Shown here: piece by piece, positions 47,946 to 61,040 of the stretch
How the letters are laid out: each line of letters begins with the position of its first letter
Numbering within the stretch: the stretch's first letter is position 1
The notes under the pieces: model-generated
Database searches by the model: none
What the model saw: the letters and a program-made list of their open reading frames with translations, nothing else
What the model was told of the DNA's origin: nothing
Source of the DNA: Podospora anserina
Lineage: Eukaryota
Assembly (NCBI GenBank): GCA_017654855.1
Contig: CM030334.1
Location: forward strand, 4,030,001 to 4,094,000
Length of the DNA stretch: 64,000 bases
Direction of reading: 5' to 3'
Translations under genes and position numbers: made by a program

Positions 47946-48179
47946 GGGTCTGGCAGCGAATAATGATGCAAGGGAAAGACCTGGGGAACTACATGGTCGA
48001 GTGATGATGAGGATCGAAGCGGTAATGATAATGATAACCAAGACGGAGGCTGATAAAATACGCAGAGGCCACATCTAGTAGCATAAAAAGCAAAGACGTT
48101 TCGTTACATGGACTTTAGGTATCTGTATTAACATGTAAACTAACGCCTGGAGGATATGCTACCACTCTAACCGACCACT

Positions 48180-49340
48180 CTATTTTCTGCTCCTCAATGT
48201 TCTCTGGACTTTGGCTGGCGGCCCAGCATCCTCACCCTCGCTGTCATCCTCCTCCTCCTCATCAACGTCATCGTGGTCAACCTCGTCTTCGTCAAGAGAC
48301 TCGATGGCCGCCAGATCCTCCTCGTCTTCGTCCTCGTCCTCTTCCTCATCATCGTCCTCATCAGAATCCGGCAGAGCACTGTGATTGATGGGGAAGTCGT
48401 CCTCGTCATCAGCAGGCCCCGCTCTCGGACCACCGTTTGTGAGCGCCTTGGTGCTTTCCTGGCCCTCTACGTAGACCACTTGGGCCTCATCTTGATCCTC
48501 GTCCTCTGACTCGCTCAGCTCATCCTTTCCTTCGAGACGATCGCGGTTGCCGCCGGCCAGCTTGGCAGATTTCCTAAACTTCAGCTGAGCGTCCAGCATC
48601 TCCAACTTGCCTCGAAGCGCCAAGAGCGCTGGCAGACCCCTCGCGCGCTCCTCCAAAACACGACTGAGCTCGGCTAACCGGGCAGTCAAATCTGGCTGTG
48701 TGACAAGGGCGCCACCGTGGGCAATCATGGTGAACTTCATCCAGCTCATCAGGTTCATGGCACGGCCGGGGCGACGGTGCATGCGGGAGGCAAGCCTGGA
48801 AAGGAGTTCGAGAGCAAGGGCCGAGTCCATGCGATTGATTGTGTTCTCTACAATTTTGAGGTCGCTAGTCTGGAGGCACAACTCGAGGAGCTGCGCATCG
48901 TTGGTTCGGAGGGCTTGGTTGATAACGGTGCCGAGCGAGGCGGCGTTGATGAGGCCGGCTTGCCTCTGGTGCAAATCGGAGCGCGAAGAAGGGCCAGCAG
49001 TGTCAGCAGCAAGAGAGGCTACTACATCGACCGTCGAGTTGCCGCGCACAATATCGCCAAAAGCAGCCGGAGCAGCAGGCTCAGCATCATCCACATCGCC
49101 GCCCATGCCCATGTCCATGTCGACATCTCCTTGTGTTGTCTCCTCGGCCACTTGCTCGATCTGCTGCTGATCCTTCACATCCTCGTCGTCACTTGGGAGC
49201 TCGATGGGTTCGTCAGGCTGCTTGGACAAGCCGGTGGACACGGCGGCTCTGGTTTCGTCGATTTTGGCCTTGGAGCGTGCCTTTGCGCTGGCCCTGACGA
49301 CTGGAGCCGCGATGGTCGCGACTTTTCTCTTGGTTGACAT
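48180..49340 (-). CDS. UTP5: SSU processome component Utp5 (Dip2/Utp12 domain)
   Basis: SLGTVINQALRTND..LLE.CL......I..TI.R...W....MIAHGGAL...LL.L.GKLEML, followed by an acidic tail. Confidence 0.85.
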   Translation of the reverse strand: MSTKRKVATIAAPVVRASAKARSKAKIDETRAAVSTGLSKQPDEPIELPSDDEDVKDQQQIEQVAEETTQGDVDMDMGMGGDVDDAEPAAPAAFGDIVRGNSTVDVVASLAADTAGPSSRSDLHQRQAGLINAASLGTVINQALRTNDAQLLELCLQTSDLKIVENTINRMDSALALELLSRLASRMHRRPGRAMNLMSWMKFTMIAHGGALVTQPDLTARLAELSRVLEERARGLPALLALRGKLEMLDAQLKFRKSAKLAGGNRDRLEGKDELSESEDEDQDEAQVVYVEGQESTKALTNGGPRAGPADDEDDFPINHSALPDSDEDDDEEEDEDEDEEDLAAIESLDEDEVDHDDVDEEEEDDSEGEDAGPPAKVQRTLRSRK

Positions 49341-51296
49341 GGCTTGCGATCTGGAGTACTTGGGTGACTGAAAGACAGCCAATGAGAGCTCGATACAGCT
49401 TAATATACCAGTGGAGGGCTTTTGGTTCAATGGAAGGGCCCAGACGAGTGGCCTCAAAGGTTGGATTATTTGCTTTGGTGGTTTGCTGTGATTGAAGCCG
49501 CAGGCAAAAAATCCAAACTGTAACCAAAACTTTTTTGCGGATCTCCGCTTGGCACGCCCAGCATTGAATGTGGGGTTCTGGTGCAGCTTAGATGGTCCGT
49601 GTGTACTTGGCAGATTGGTGAGCTTCACTCAGCCACACGCATTTCAGAGATGTAGCTGTGGCTGGTGCAACCGAAGGGCACGGTGTCAGTTGGGCACCGA
49701 GTTCTGCCAGTCTACTTTACGAGGGCGTCACTGCTGCCTGGTGGGCAAACAAAAGAGAGCAACGGATATTCTACTGTGTACCTATGATCAAGCTCATCAA
49801 CGCGACGAAGGGTTTGGAGTCACTCAATTGAAAGAGAGTTGGGCGAGCGTGGCGGCACGGACGATAGAATGCCCAACCCAAATCCCGAATTCATCTTTTC
49901 GACATTCCATCAAAGGATGCATCAAAACCTCACCAGCAACACACAAACCATCAGATCATGCCTGGAACGCGTCCAGTCATTTATTTCACCTTCAGAAATT
50001 ATGTTGGTGACCTGTTTTGCTGGGTCACTGCATTCGCGTCATTATCGCGTATCCCTGTTCACTTAGCGCCATTTGCGACCCAGCACCGCAGCTGTTTCAG
50101 CCTGTCGCCTCTGGTCGCAGTTGCCATCTTCTTTTTGCCATCGCCAGGATGGTAGGTACGAGGAATCAAGATTCCATCCATCGAGAGCTGTTGAGATAAC
50201 GAGATATTGCCGTGGTGTTGGTCCATCCTGGTGACGGAGCCGAAAAGGTCGGATTGGCAGTTGCTGGGCCTATAGTCTGGTGTATGTGTAGGTATCCCCC
50301 CTTTCCACTCCTTTGTGTATGTTGCCCGTCGCATCCGGCGTGTCTCGTTCGGTTCTGCTACGTATTGTTATCGCATTTTGCCCTCCTTGGGCATAACTGT
50401 ATGGATATTCTACCAGAACGTGATGAATAGGGATAATAATGTTTGCATTTGCTGCTGAAGTATTGATGTTGGCATTGCGGTGGCCTCGTCGAGGGGTTGG
50501 TGGCAGGAGAAAATTCAAGAGCTGGGTTCGCACAGAAGACACTTTGTGCCCCCGGTCTCGTGTGCGCACGGCCCACTATAGCTCGGATGTGGCCAATCAG
50601 AAACAGGCGAGCCGCATCGATAAGACCAATCAAGCCAGTCAGAGGCGGATCCCCTCCCTTCGTGCTGAGCTAGGCAGCTGTGATAAATAGCCCCGAGCTG
50701 CCGACCGGGACTGACATGTGTTTTCACCCAGAAATTTCGAAAAAAAAAGGTCGCGGTACAAAACCACGCCGAACCCCCCCCCAAACTGACCAACCAGCGC
50801 CCGCCAAAGCATCCCCAGCCACCGACCATCAAAAGGCCACCCTCCCCGGCTCGAGTTTTTCCACCTCCGAGCAACGCTCTCTGGCAAGGCTAGCAACCCC
50901 AAGCCTATAATTCTCAGCCTTTACCCCGGCCGACTTTTTTCGCCAGACTGTGAGTGGTTGCCAATTTTCTCCTTCGCTTTTTATCTTTTGGGGTTCGCGA
51001 TCCAACGCGTGTGCACGTCCCCATCCACCTTGCCCACTCCCCGCCGCGCGCCCAATCGTGTGTCTTCCACCATCCACGTCGTCGTCGACATCTCGCCGCC
51101 GCAATTTGGACAACCTATCAGCTCCAATACAATAAACCATCCCATTTATTTCATCAACGACTTGTCTCTCGACTTGTCCCCCGACGCGCCGCTTCGATAC
51201 ACTTTGACTCGGCCATGCGTTGCTAATTCAACGACTCCTTGACCTAGCCGATTTCATGTCGCGTCGTTCCTGAATCCAGAAATCCCCAAATCCCGA

Positions 51297-54291
51297 ATGG
51301 CAGTTATGGCCACTCAGCAATCAGAAGGCGCGGTTGTTGGCGAAAAGCCTGTCGCCAGCTCGCTGGAGCTCGAGAAGGATGCGCGCAATGGAGGCGCCGA
51401 AGTGAATGGGTATGTGGCGGCATTGGCTCCTTCCTTCGGAGTCGCATCAAGGTTTGCATGTCAGACTGGAAGCTGACAGCTTTGCTTCTAGCCACACTTC
51501 CCCCGAAGCCCCAAACCACACCGAAAAGGACGAGACCGACTCCAAACAAAGCCACAACCAAGAAGCTTTCTCAACAAACAGTGCACTGAAAAGCGAGTCG
51601 GCCGATGCCAGTGACAAACCAATCCCAGACGTTCCCACAGATGCACAGGAGGCGCCCAAGGACGCCGAGCCCGTAAAGATGGACGTCGCGACTCCACCCG
51701 ACACAGAAATGCCGGATGCACCACCAAGTCCGGCTGCCGAGGTGAAGCAAGCCGAGACACAAATCGAGCTTCCAGCCGAAGTCGCTCCCGACACACAAGC
51801 TGCGGCTCCATCGAAAGAAGACCAGCCAGCCAAGCCGCCCACGCCTGACGCCCTGATCACATCTGACGCAAAGAACGAGGCTCCGACCAAAGCCATGTCC
51901 ACTTCGGTATCTCCCATGACCAAGACGGCCCCTACCCCCCCAGCTACCGATAAGGAGGAAGATGTGGTGATGGCAGATGCGCAGGTGACCGCCGAGAGCA
52001 CTCAAGAGACGCCTGTTTTCGCAACTGTCCCGGACGTGAAGCCGAGCATCGAGAAGGATCCAGCTCCAGCGTCGCCCTCCAAGGCATCTCCTCTTCCAAG
52101 CGCGACGGCCGATACCAGCATGTCTGACCTGGCTGCGTCTGCCAAGGTGTCGCGTGAACGGGATATCGACAGTGAGGATGAACCAGTTGCCAAGCGCACC
52201 AAGGTTGACCATTCCATCGAGGCCAAGAACAATGTCAACCCCCAAGATCGCATGGATGTCGACCGCCAGTCAGCTCCCCGGGCCACACCTGCGCAGGCTG
52301 CGAACGGAAGACTCAAGTATCTCAATGACGATTCCCTCAACGACAATCCCATCACAGATTGGCAGAACCGGCAAATTCGTCAAGTTCTTGCAGGTGTCAA
52401 AAAAACCAAGGTGGGCGGCAACTTTCGGCAATCGGTTCAGCATCTGTGGCCCATGCTCTGGCCTGATTACTCGGCACGGATTGCCAATCCTATTGATATT
52501 TCGGCCATGGAGAGACGCTTGCGTGGGGACGGGCAGAGCTACAAGAATCTTGGCGAGTTCAAACGGGACTTGAATCTGTTGGTGGAAAACGCCGTCAGCT
52601 TCAACGGCGAAGCTCACGAAGTGACTGTGCAAGCCAAGGGCTGCCGTTCTGCTATTCTCGACCGTCTCTCCAAGGTCCCTGCCACTGAACCTGCCCGCCC
52701 CGACAAGAAGGACAGCATCAAGCATCACAATATCCGCCATGCCGAACCCCGCTCTGCCGTCCACCAGTCTTCCACCGCCACGCCCCGTCCCCCAAAACCG
52801 GCGGCCCCAGCCCCCAAGCCCGCTGTCGAGAACCCTGCTTTTGCCATCCCTCCCGGCAACAACGGTATGCCGCTCATTCGGCGCGACTCGACCAAGGTTG
52901 ACAGCCGCGCCAAGCGCCCCGTCAAGCCACCTCAGCCAAGAGATGTCTTTACCGACAAGCGCAAGAAGAAGCTCCCCCCCGAGCTTCGGTTCTGCGATGA
53001 AGTTCTCACCGAGCTGAGGAAGACCAAGTATTACGATTGCAACGGCGCCTTCCTTCAACCCGTCGACGTCGTCGCTCTGCAAATCCCCACATATTACAAG
53101 GTGGTCAAGAAGCCCATGGACCTTTCCACCATGGCCAGCAAGCTGCATTCTGGCGAGTACGCTTCGGCCAAGGATGTTGAACGAGACTTTGACCTGATCG
53201 TTAAGAACGCCAAGGCCTTCAATGGAGACGACCATCCCGTCACCATTGCCGGCTACAAGCTGCAGAGTCTCTTTCGCGCCGAGATGAACCGAAAGGATGA
53301 GTGGCTCGCCCGCAACGCCCCTCCCGAGGTAATCAACACAGCCAGCCCACGGATCAAAGACGAGTCCGACGACGAGCCCTCGGACACGGAACCGGAGCCA
53401 GAGCAATCCGAGGAGATCACTAAGGCCCAAACCAAGATCACCAGCATCCAGAAGCGACTCGATGACGAGCAAAAGAAGCTGTCCGAGATGATCAACACTG
53501 GATCGGCAAGCGAAGAGGATGTTGACATTTCTCACTCCATCATCAGCACTTTGCAGAAGCAACTGATCCGAGAGAGGAACAACCTCAAGGAGCTGACTGC
53601 CGCCGTCAAACCGGCAAAGCCAAACAAGCCTGCCAAGTCCAAGAAGACGCACCAGCACCTTGGCGGCGTCACCAAGAAGGCCGTTGCCGCAGGAGGAGCG
53701 GGCGGGGGTGGCCATCATGCCGCGGGAGCTGTTAAGAAGGGCCCCAAGAGACCGCCCCCCAAGAAGAAGATCAGTGAGGCTGAGAAGGCTGTTATCACCG
53801 AGCATCTGAGCGAGCTGGACGGTGTGCCCTTGGAGCGGGCCATCGAGCTAATCAAGAGGGACACGGGACAGGGAGAGAATGAGTCGGGTGAATTGGAACT
53901 TGATATTGAGCAAGTCTCCGAGGAGGCCCTGGTCAGGCTCTACGAAATAATAATCAGGGCCCACCCGCACTTGAAGGTCGAGAGGGAGAAGAAGGTAGTG
54001 GACAAGACTTGGGGCCAGGCGGCGGACCATCACCACTCCAACAGCAATGCCAAGTCCAAGTCGGGCGCTGCGTCGGCGGCGTCCAAGTCCAAGAAGAACA
54101 AGCCCATGAGCAAGTCGGAGCAGGAGCGCCGCATTCAGCAGCTCAACGAATTGAGAGCACAAGCTAACCGCAACCAATCCGGCAGTCAGGAGCCAATGGA
54201 GTCGATTGAGGGAACAGGCAGGGCCTCAGCCGAGCCTCCCACGGCGGTCAATGCCGACAGTGAGGACGAAGTCGATTCCGAAGAGGACTAA
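51297..54291 (+). CDS. BDF1: BET-family double-bromodomain protein with ET domain
   Basis: Exon 1 MAVMATQQ..., intron 51410-51491. Bromodomain 1 (PDY...IANPIDIS...FNG), bromodomain 2 (FLQPVDVVALQIPTYY.VVKKPMDLST...FNG), and ET domain (ELELDIEQV). Confidence 0.92.
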
Positions 54292-56427
54292 AGAGCGCCG
54301 TCGCTTGTTCAGTGTGACACATGGCCAACCACTCTACCATCATATCCATCGCCATGTTACCTCTTCTTGGGTTTCTCCAGCATCCACATCATGCGTTGAC
54401 GGACCTGGCCTTTTATTTTCATCTTGGTACTTGACTTGGCCACCCCGATCCCCGCCGAAGCGTGTGATCTTGGTTACCTAGCCTTCGGCCACACAGTCAA
54501 CCAGCTCCTTGTCCTGCCATCCCTCATCAGCGCTACCCCGTTTGTGTTTGCCACTTAACCAACCGTTGTCGCCAAGGTCTCTTTAGCCTTTTGGCCTGTA
54601 GGAATATTTGTCTGTACCATATTATTAACTTCCACGGTCTTGGGTCGCCGGCAACGTCGCAGCACGTTGTGGTCATGCGCGATGGGTTCTCTTGCTCACG
54701 GATACCACCCAGAGCTTTGAGACGGCCAACATTGTGGCCATGATTCACCGTCGCACCACGGCGGGGAGTAGAGGAATGAGATGGCAAATGGCGGCGTGTT
54801 TCCTCCTGGCTCCTTTGGAGCAGTTGAAACCTTTTCGGAGCAACTTTGCTCATTCATCGGGCCCAGATGGGCGGGGAAATGTCTGAGTAGAGGTGGGGTT
54901 GTAAACCTTTGCAAGCTTTGCTGTCATTGGACGGAGATCGGTTTTTTCAGCATATCCATCACTGATATCTTACCGACGACCCGGCAGCCGCAGCTTGGGG
55001 CTTAGCAAGAAAAGCAAAGGGGAGTCATGGGCTTTTTTTCGGGAGCAATTTTGCGCTCTTCCTCAACAAAGCCTCACTGGGCCGTCTGCCTTTTCCAGCA
55101 AGACAGCGAAGTGGAGGAGTGATAGCGGAGCCAAGTCCTCGTACAGGCAAATTAAGAAAAATTGAAGGACTTGCTTCCTAGGAATCTTGTTCACCATGTC
55201 GCGTACATGTGTGCGACGCTTGTAGCGTTGAGCTTGTTGGTTGTCATGGCGTGTCGTGATGTGCCGTCCAGTATCGTGATTTGTTTGTTGTCTTTCTTTC
55301 CAGTGGACTGCCCTAACAGTACCAGGGTTCTCAGCCCCGCAGAGGAACTCTTTCGTAAAACGGCCGTTGGAGGAAATGTCCAGTGGCATTAGCCAGGGGG
55401 TGGCGGGCTTTGGCGGTTGGCGAGTCGCTCAAAATGGGTCTGCTCGTGGTGTCTTTTGTTGCAATGTCGCAAGCCCTCAATGTCCGTAGCATCTTCGCTG
55501 CGAGGACTGCGCCCTCTTGGTCATGCCCACCGTCAACATGTTGAGCAGGCCACGAAGTTCGCAGACAAGTGTTGATGGCAAGGCGGAAGCAAAGTGTGGG
55601 GGAACGACGGGGCGGAGAGCCACCGCTGTGGGTGGGTGGGCGACGGGAGCTGGCAAGCAGACCCTAAAATTCGGCATCGGCGGATAGGCAGCTTATTATC
55701 TGCTCACTCGAGGCAGGGGACAGAGGAGCCCTGGGTCTGGGTGGGGAAACAAGCAGGTCAGTATAATATTCAGGAAGCAGAGAACTGGATTTCTCCATAC
55801 CTTGATTACTCCAAAGCTGTGATGCTGGATGCTGTTGGGAAACAAAATTGCCCACCGTCGGTTGGTGCATCAAATTGCTGTCCGTCGCAGATAGCGTAGA
55901 TGGGTCCCGAGATGCCCTGAACAGGTAGGTAGTGAATACATGGTAAAGAGGGGGAAAGAAAGAAGGTCAATATTGATGGCATGATATATTCAGCAATCAA
56001 TTCGTAGTGATCCCCTCTGGCAATTACCCTGGCAATGTTGGCCGAAAAGATAGGAGCTGGTCGGCTTCGTGGAGTGATGCTGAATGTCGGGTGATACCCT
56101 GACGTGTCTGGTGCTGGGCTTACGGTGGGCGGCAAAAGTTTCTTAAGAGGGGGTTGAATTTGTTAGTGCAAGTCCAGGAAATGGGACGAAACCTTAGGCA
56201 GCCTGCTCGGTTCTTGGCCCGATAAAACTCGCATTCCAACCACCAAAGACACCATTTCCGCATTTTCAACCTGGAACCAACGCGTTGCGCTCCCATGCCG
56301 TCTTTTAGCACTCCCGCGGCGTGGTAACCAGCAACAGATGGTTTCTTCACATGATGCTGATCTGTAACAGTTCAAGTCCGAGACAACGGGGCGGGTCATG
56401 GTCATTTCTTCTCTGCTCTACTACTCC

Positions 56428-57015
56428 TCAGCCCAGCACCTTATCCTCCCCCCTCAGCCTTCTTCTAGCCTCCATCAAGGCCTTCCCCAGTCTGTTCTCC
56501 CCCCACCACTCCCTATCCACCGGCCCCTCCACCATTTGCTTCTCAGTGAAGCCAATTCCCCAGATCCGGTCGTTGCTTGCTGCCTCGACCAACTCTCTAA
56601 CGCCTGTCCCCAATAACACTCCTCGAAGTCTTTCGTTCTGCCCAAACTTGGCCAGGTTCCCTCTCACCACCACATCCTGCTTGATCTGATCCCATTCAGC
56701 ATCGTTGAAGCCTTTTATTTGTCTTCCCAGTCTCTTTTGCGCCTTTGGGTCGGATGTCGCCAGGATCTTCTTTGCGATGGCGAGGTCCTCGAACTGCACC
56801 GCTTTGAGGTACATCATGAACTGTTCGGCGGTCTTGAACTCTAGTTTTTGGGCTCCATCGATGTCGCCTGAGGGTGGTTTGGTAGTTATAGAGTAGATTT
56901 CGTCGACGGAAATGCTAAAGTAGCAGCTGTACCACTGAGAGAACTCGCCGTAGGCAGCACCCGTCAAGTAGAAAAAGAGCGGTCTATTGGGGTTGTCGTT
57001 GGTGAGCTCAGCCAT
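56428..57015 (-). CDS. NADAR (YbiA/DUF1768) family N-glycosidase
   Basis: FSQWY, F.TAEQFMM.LKA..F.D, P..QK.LGR.I..F...W, KF.QN..L...LL.TG..ELVEAA..DRIWGIG, GENRLGKALM. Confidence 0.92.
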   Translation of the reverse strand: MAELTNDNPNRPLFFYLTGAAYGEFSQWYSCYFSISVDEIYSITTKPPSGDIDGAQKLEFKTAEQFMMYLKAVQFEDLAIAKKILATSDPKAQKRLGRQIKGFNDAEWDQIKQDVVVRGNLAKFGQNERLRGVLLGTGVRELVEAASNDRIWGIGFTEKQMVEGPVDREWWGENRLGKALMEARRRLRGEDKVLG

Positions 57016-58329
57016 CTTGTCTGGATTTTTGGTGGTGGTGTGCTGTTGAGCCTCAAGCAACTATTGGTGTGTGAACTCCAAAAGTCTTGGGCTTGTCAAC
57101 TTTTTTATGTTGAGAACTGCTCATATGAAATGCAGGTTGACAACGGTGGTGACTCTACGCCGATACTAGCACCCATGTTAGTGTTTGAAGACTACGACCA
57201 AAAGGGCCAACCGAAAGACCAAAATTGAGTGCGCATTGCGAGACACCCAGCCGTGGTGATTCCACACCGACAATAACGCTTGTTGGCAAGTATTAAAGCT
57301 GGAGATCAAAAAGTCCGGATGCTGTCGTGACAGTAGCGTGAGTAGCAACCCTAACCCGGGCGTTGATCATTCTGGAGACTCGTTGCCCCACGGCAGTCTG
57401 CCACGTGCCTGCTCTTTGCTACATTCTTCTCTGCGAAGATGATTTGGCAAAAAAGTCCCAAGATCTTGTGCAGGGGAAGAGCGTTACGGGGTTTGAGAGT
57501 CTCTTTCTGCAACCATTGAATATATTCCCAAGCTGGGTGCTATGTACGAAGCATCAGTCCTGGTTGACCGAGCCTCAACGAATCCTCCTGGGAACAGGGC
57601 CAACCACCACAACAAAGCAAACAGTCTCATGACCTGATATGACGCCCTCATCTACTCCGTACTTGCCCTCTCTTTGTCCAGTCTCAAGGCTCTCGTCCCA
57701 GCTGACGGACGCCCAGGCGCTAGGTGGGCGCTGCACCCCAGGGATTTCTTGTGGGGACGGCAGCCCCGCAATATTGCGTCACCGACAGGGGTGAAGGTGG
57801 GGTCCGATTGGACGACATCCCATCCAAACCACCAAACATTCCTCCTGTTTGCTTCCCTTGGGCTGGTGGATGATGATCCTCAAGTCCCTTGTTTTTCCCA
57901 ATGCACCCCCCAATCTTCGGCATGATGCCGTGGCTTTTCTCCATTCTATTCGGCCCCTTTCAGTTTTCACTCAGGTCAAGCACCCCAGTGCCGCTTTGCC
58001 GCATGGATAGTAGAGTGCGTGCATAGTGCTGCCGCTGATGGATGATGAATACCACCACCCTCAGTGCCCGTGAACTTGCTTGCGGCGGTAAGCCCGTGAC
58101 ATCATCGGGGAAGAGTACGATCGTCAACCCTTTTGGGTCAGCCTGTCTCAAGTGATGGATATATTCATGAGGATCCGCGCCAGCGGCTCCAAAGACATTT
58201 TCGAGAAAGTAATTCTGTGTTCCACTTTTGGTGATCTCTCACCCACACAAAGAATCTGTGTTTTTCTTCTCCTGTGGTGAAAGAACAAGTGGCGAACTGA
58301 CGACCAGAACGACGAGCTGAGCTGCCGAG

Positions 58330-60207
58330 ATGCTCGGAAAGAAGTGAGTCTCGAGCTTCATCAATCCATCTCTCGATAGGCTACCTATACTGATAATCCT
58401 CCAAGGTCCATACGCGTCAATGGCGCCGACTGTGGTGTTGAGGCCCTGATCCTCGGGGCCATCACCTCGATCGGCGGCTTTCTTTTTGGCTATGATACCG
58501 GCCAGATCTCGGGCATGCTGCTGTTCCGAGACTTCAAAGATCGCTTCGGTCAGGTCGACACGCCGGAGGGCCGAGACTTTCAGCCCATCATTCAGTCCCT
58601 GCTCGTCTCGTTGATGAGTATCGGTACACTCTTGGGAGCCTTGAGCGCTTCTTAGTATGTTCTGTCGGTTGCAAAATCAAAAAGCACCAGTATGCCTAAC
58701 TAATTCTCTATGCAGCACTGCCGACTGGTGGGGCCGTAGAAAGAGTCTCACGTTCGGTGTCGGTGTTTTCATCATCGGCAACATCATTCAAATCACCGCC
58801 ATGAACCACTGGGTCCACATGATGATGGGCCGCTTCGTGGCCGGCTTGGGCGTCGGCAACCTCTCTGTCGGTGTTCCCATGTTCCAGTCCGAGTGCTCAC
58901 CCCGAGAGATTCGTGGTGCTGTTGTCGCCTCGTACCAGCTCATGATCACGTTCGGTATCCTCATCGCCAACCTTGTCAACTATGGCGTCAGGGAGATTGA
59001 GGACCAGTCCGCTTCGTGGAGGATTGTCATTGGGCTGGGCATCGCCTTTTCCTTGCCCCTCGGTCTAGGTATCTTGTTGGTTCCCGAATCCCCAAGATGG
59101 CTTGCCGCCAGATCCAGGTGGGACGAAGCTCGTCTGTCACTGGCGCGTCTTCGTGGCATGAAGAACGACCCTCAACACCAGCTTATCGAGGACGATATGG
59201 TGGAGATGAAGGGAATTCTTGAAAAGGAGCGTGCTGTTGGCGTCGGGTCCTGGGCCGAGTGTTTTGTGCCAAAGCCCAATGGTGTGCCCAAACAGGTGTA
59301 CCGTACGATTCTCGGCATCTCGCTCCATTTCCTTCAGCAGTGGACCGGCGTCAACTACTTCTTCTATTATGGCGCCACCATCTTCGAGTCGGCTGGCATT
59401 GAAGATCCAATCCAAACACAGCTCATTTTGGGCGCCGTCAATGTGGCCTGCACCTTTTATGGCCTATATGTCGTCGAAAAGTACGGTCGTCGGTGGCCTC
59501 TGCTCATCGGCGCCATTTGGCAGGCGGCGTGGCTCGCTGTGTTCGCCTCGATGGGCACTGCGTTGGATCCCGAGAACAACCGGACTTCAGGTATCCTCAT
59601 GATCGTGTCGGCCGCCATGTTTATTGCCTCCTTCGCTGTCACGTGGGGGCCGATCTGCTGGGTCGTCATCGGTGAAACCTTCCCTCTGCGCACCCGTGCC
59701 AAGCAGGCCTCCTTGGCCACTGCTGGCAACTGGCTTGGAAATTGTGAGTACTTGGCCTCCTTACCCAAAGACACGATGCTGATATTGTTCTCAGTTATGA
59801 TCTCCTTCCTCACGCCCCTTGCAACCGATGGCATTGGGTATGCCTACGGTTTTGTGTTTGTCGCCACCAACATCGCGGGCGCACTGCTGGTGTACTTCTT
59901 CCTCTACGAGTCGGTCAGTCTCAGTCTGGAGAACGTCGACACGATGTACAGCCAACCCGATCTGAAGCCCTGGACGTCCAAGAAGTGGATGCCCCCTGGA
60001 TATGTCACACGCATGAACAGAGACGAAGACTTCTTCCACAACGACCGGGCTCAGCATGCCAGCGGAGTTGATGATTTGGATGACCGGACCACCGCTGTAC
60101 CAAGCGGCAGGCCTAGCCGGGTGGTTGATGAAGAAAAGAAGGCCGATGGCGTCAATGGGCTGGGAGCCACAGAGTCGAGGGAAGAAAGGGTCAACCGGGC
60201 GGTGTGA
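58330..60207 (+). CDS. Sugar porter family (hexose) transporter
   Basis: Short exon 1 MLGKK; GGFLFGYDTGQISG, GRRK, PESPRWL, QQWTGVNYFFYYG, GETFPLR. Three introns near 58344, 58655 and 59744. Confidence 0.93.
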
Positions 60208-61040
60208 AGGTTTTGAGGGGTGTGTAAAAGGATTGTTTTCTTTCTTGCGGCCGTATGCACAGTGGAGTTTGGGAGCGCTTGGAGTAACCCATGTTTTTGT
60301 TTCGGTTAATTCTTTGGCAGCATGAGCTTTGAACTATGAAGCATGATGATGATTCTGACCATTTGAGCACTTTTCCGTGTGAATTGTGAAGATTGACGGG
60401 TAACAGGCGGCCGGAGGAGGAATGGATGGGATGATTCCGTGACACAGGTTTGGACTGTTGGCATGACACAAGAATAATGCCAAGACATGATTCATTTCTG
60501 CTGAGAGCCGCCCTGCCGGAGAAGGGAGCCGCCTCTGAAGTTTCCAGGCTCCGCGGGGGTCATGGACGATTATTGGAGATGAGGGCCTCCGGGAAATTCT
60601 GAGTAGACTTTGGAAGAAAGCGTTGTTAACAAGGAATTCGAACATCTCGAACATCTATCAAGTAAACCTTTGAAGCCGCCCTGACACACCGCTGACGGCG
60701 AGCCAGTTCATCCCGCCAGGAAGGCACTTATTGATGGACATGCCGGCGAGCGCTTGGCTCGAGCCCACGACCGCCATAATGGAATGCGCTTGACGCGAAC
60801 TCTTTTTTTCTTCCTCCTGGGAGAAATGGCGGCTTCCGTCCAAAAAAAGAAGCGGCAACATGTAGCAAGAGCCGAGTGACACCCGCCAATGCCTACGCAT
60901 GTGCGATGCTGCACAGTGTTGACACGTGCTCCTGCCACTTCAACGCAATTCCACTCCACAGATGCCACAATAGGTATAAGAACGCCCTCGTCAGACCGTC
61001 CGGGACGAGCCAATCCCATGATACATCAGCTGCCTCGAAC

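Noticed and set aside
50007-50119. Overlapping short inverted repeats (e.g. TGCTGGGTC/GACCCAGCA) between UTP5 and BDF1 as a structured RNA or riboswitch
   Set aside because: Stems are only 6-9 bp, there are no TPP-riboswitch or snoRNA hallmarks, and chance cannot be excluded.
52270-53805. Long antisense ORFs (511 aa here; also 26961-28112 and 38474-39679)
   Set aside because: Shadows of GC3-biased sense genes with no recognisable protein features.
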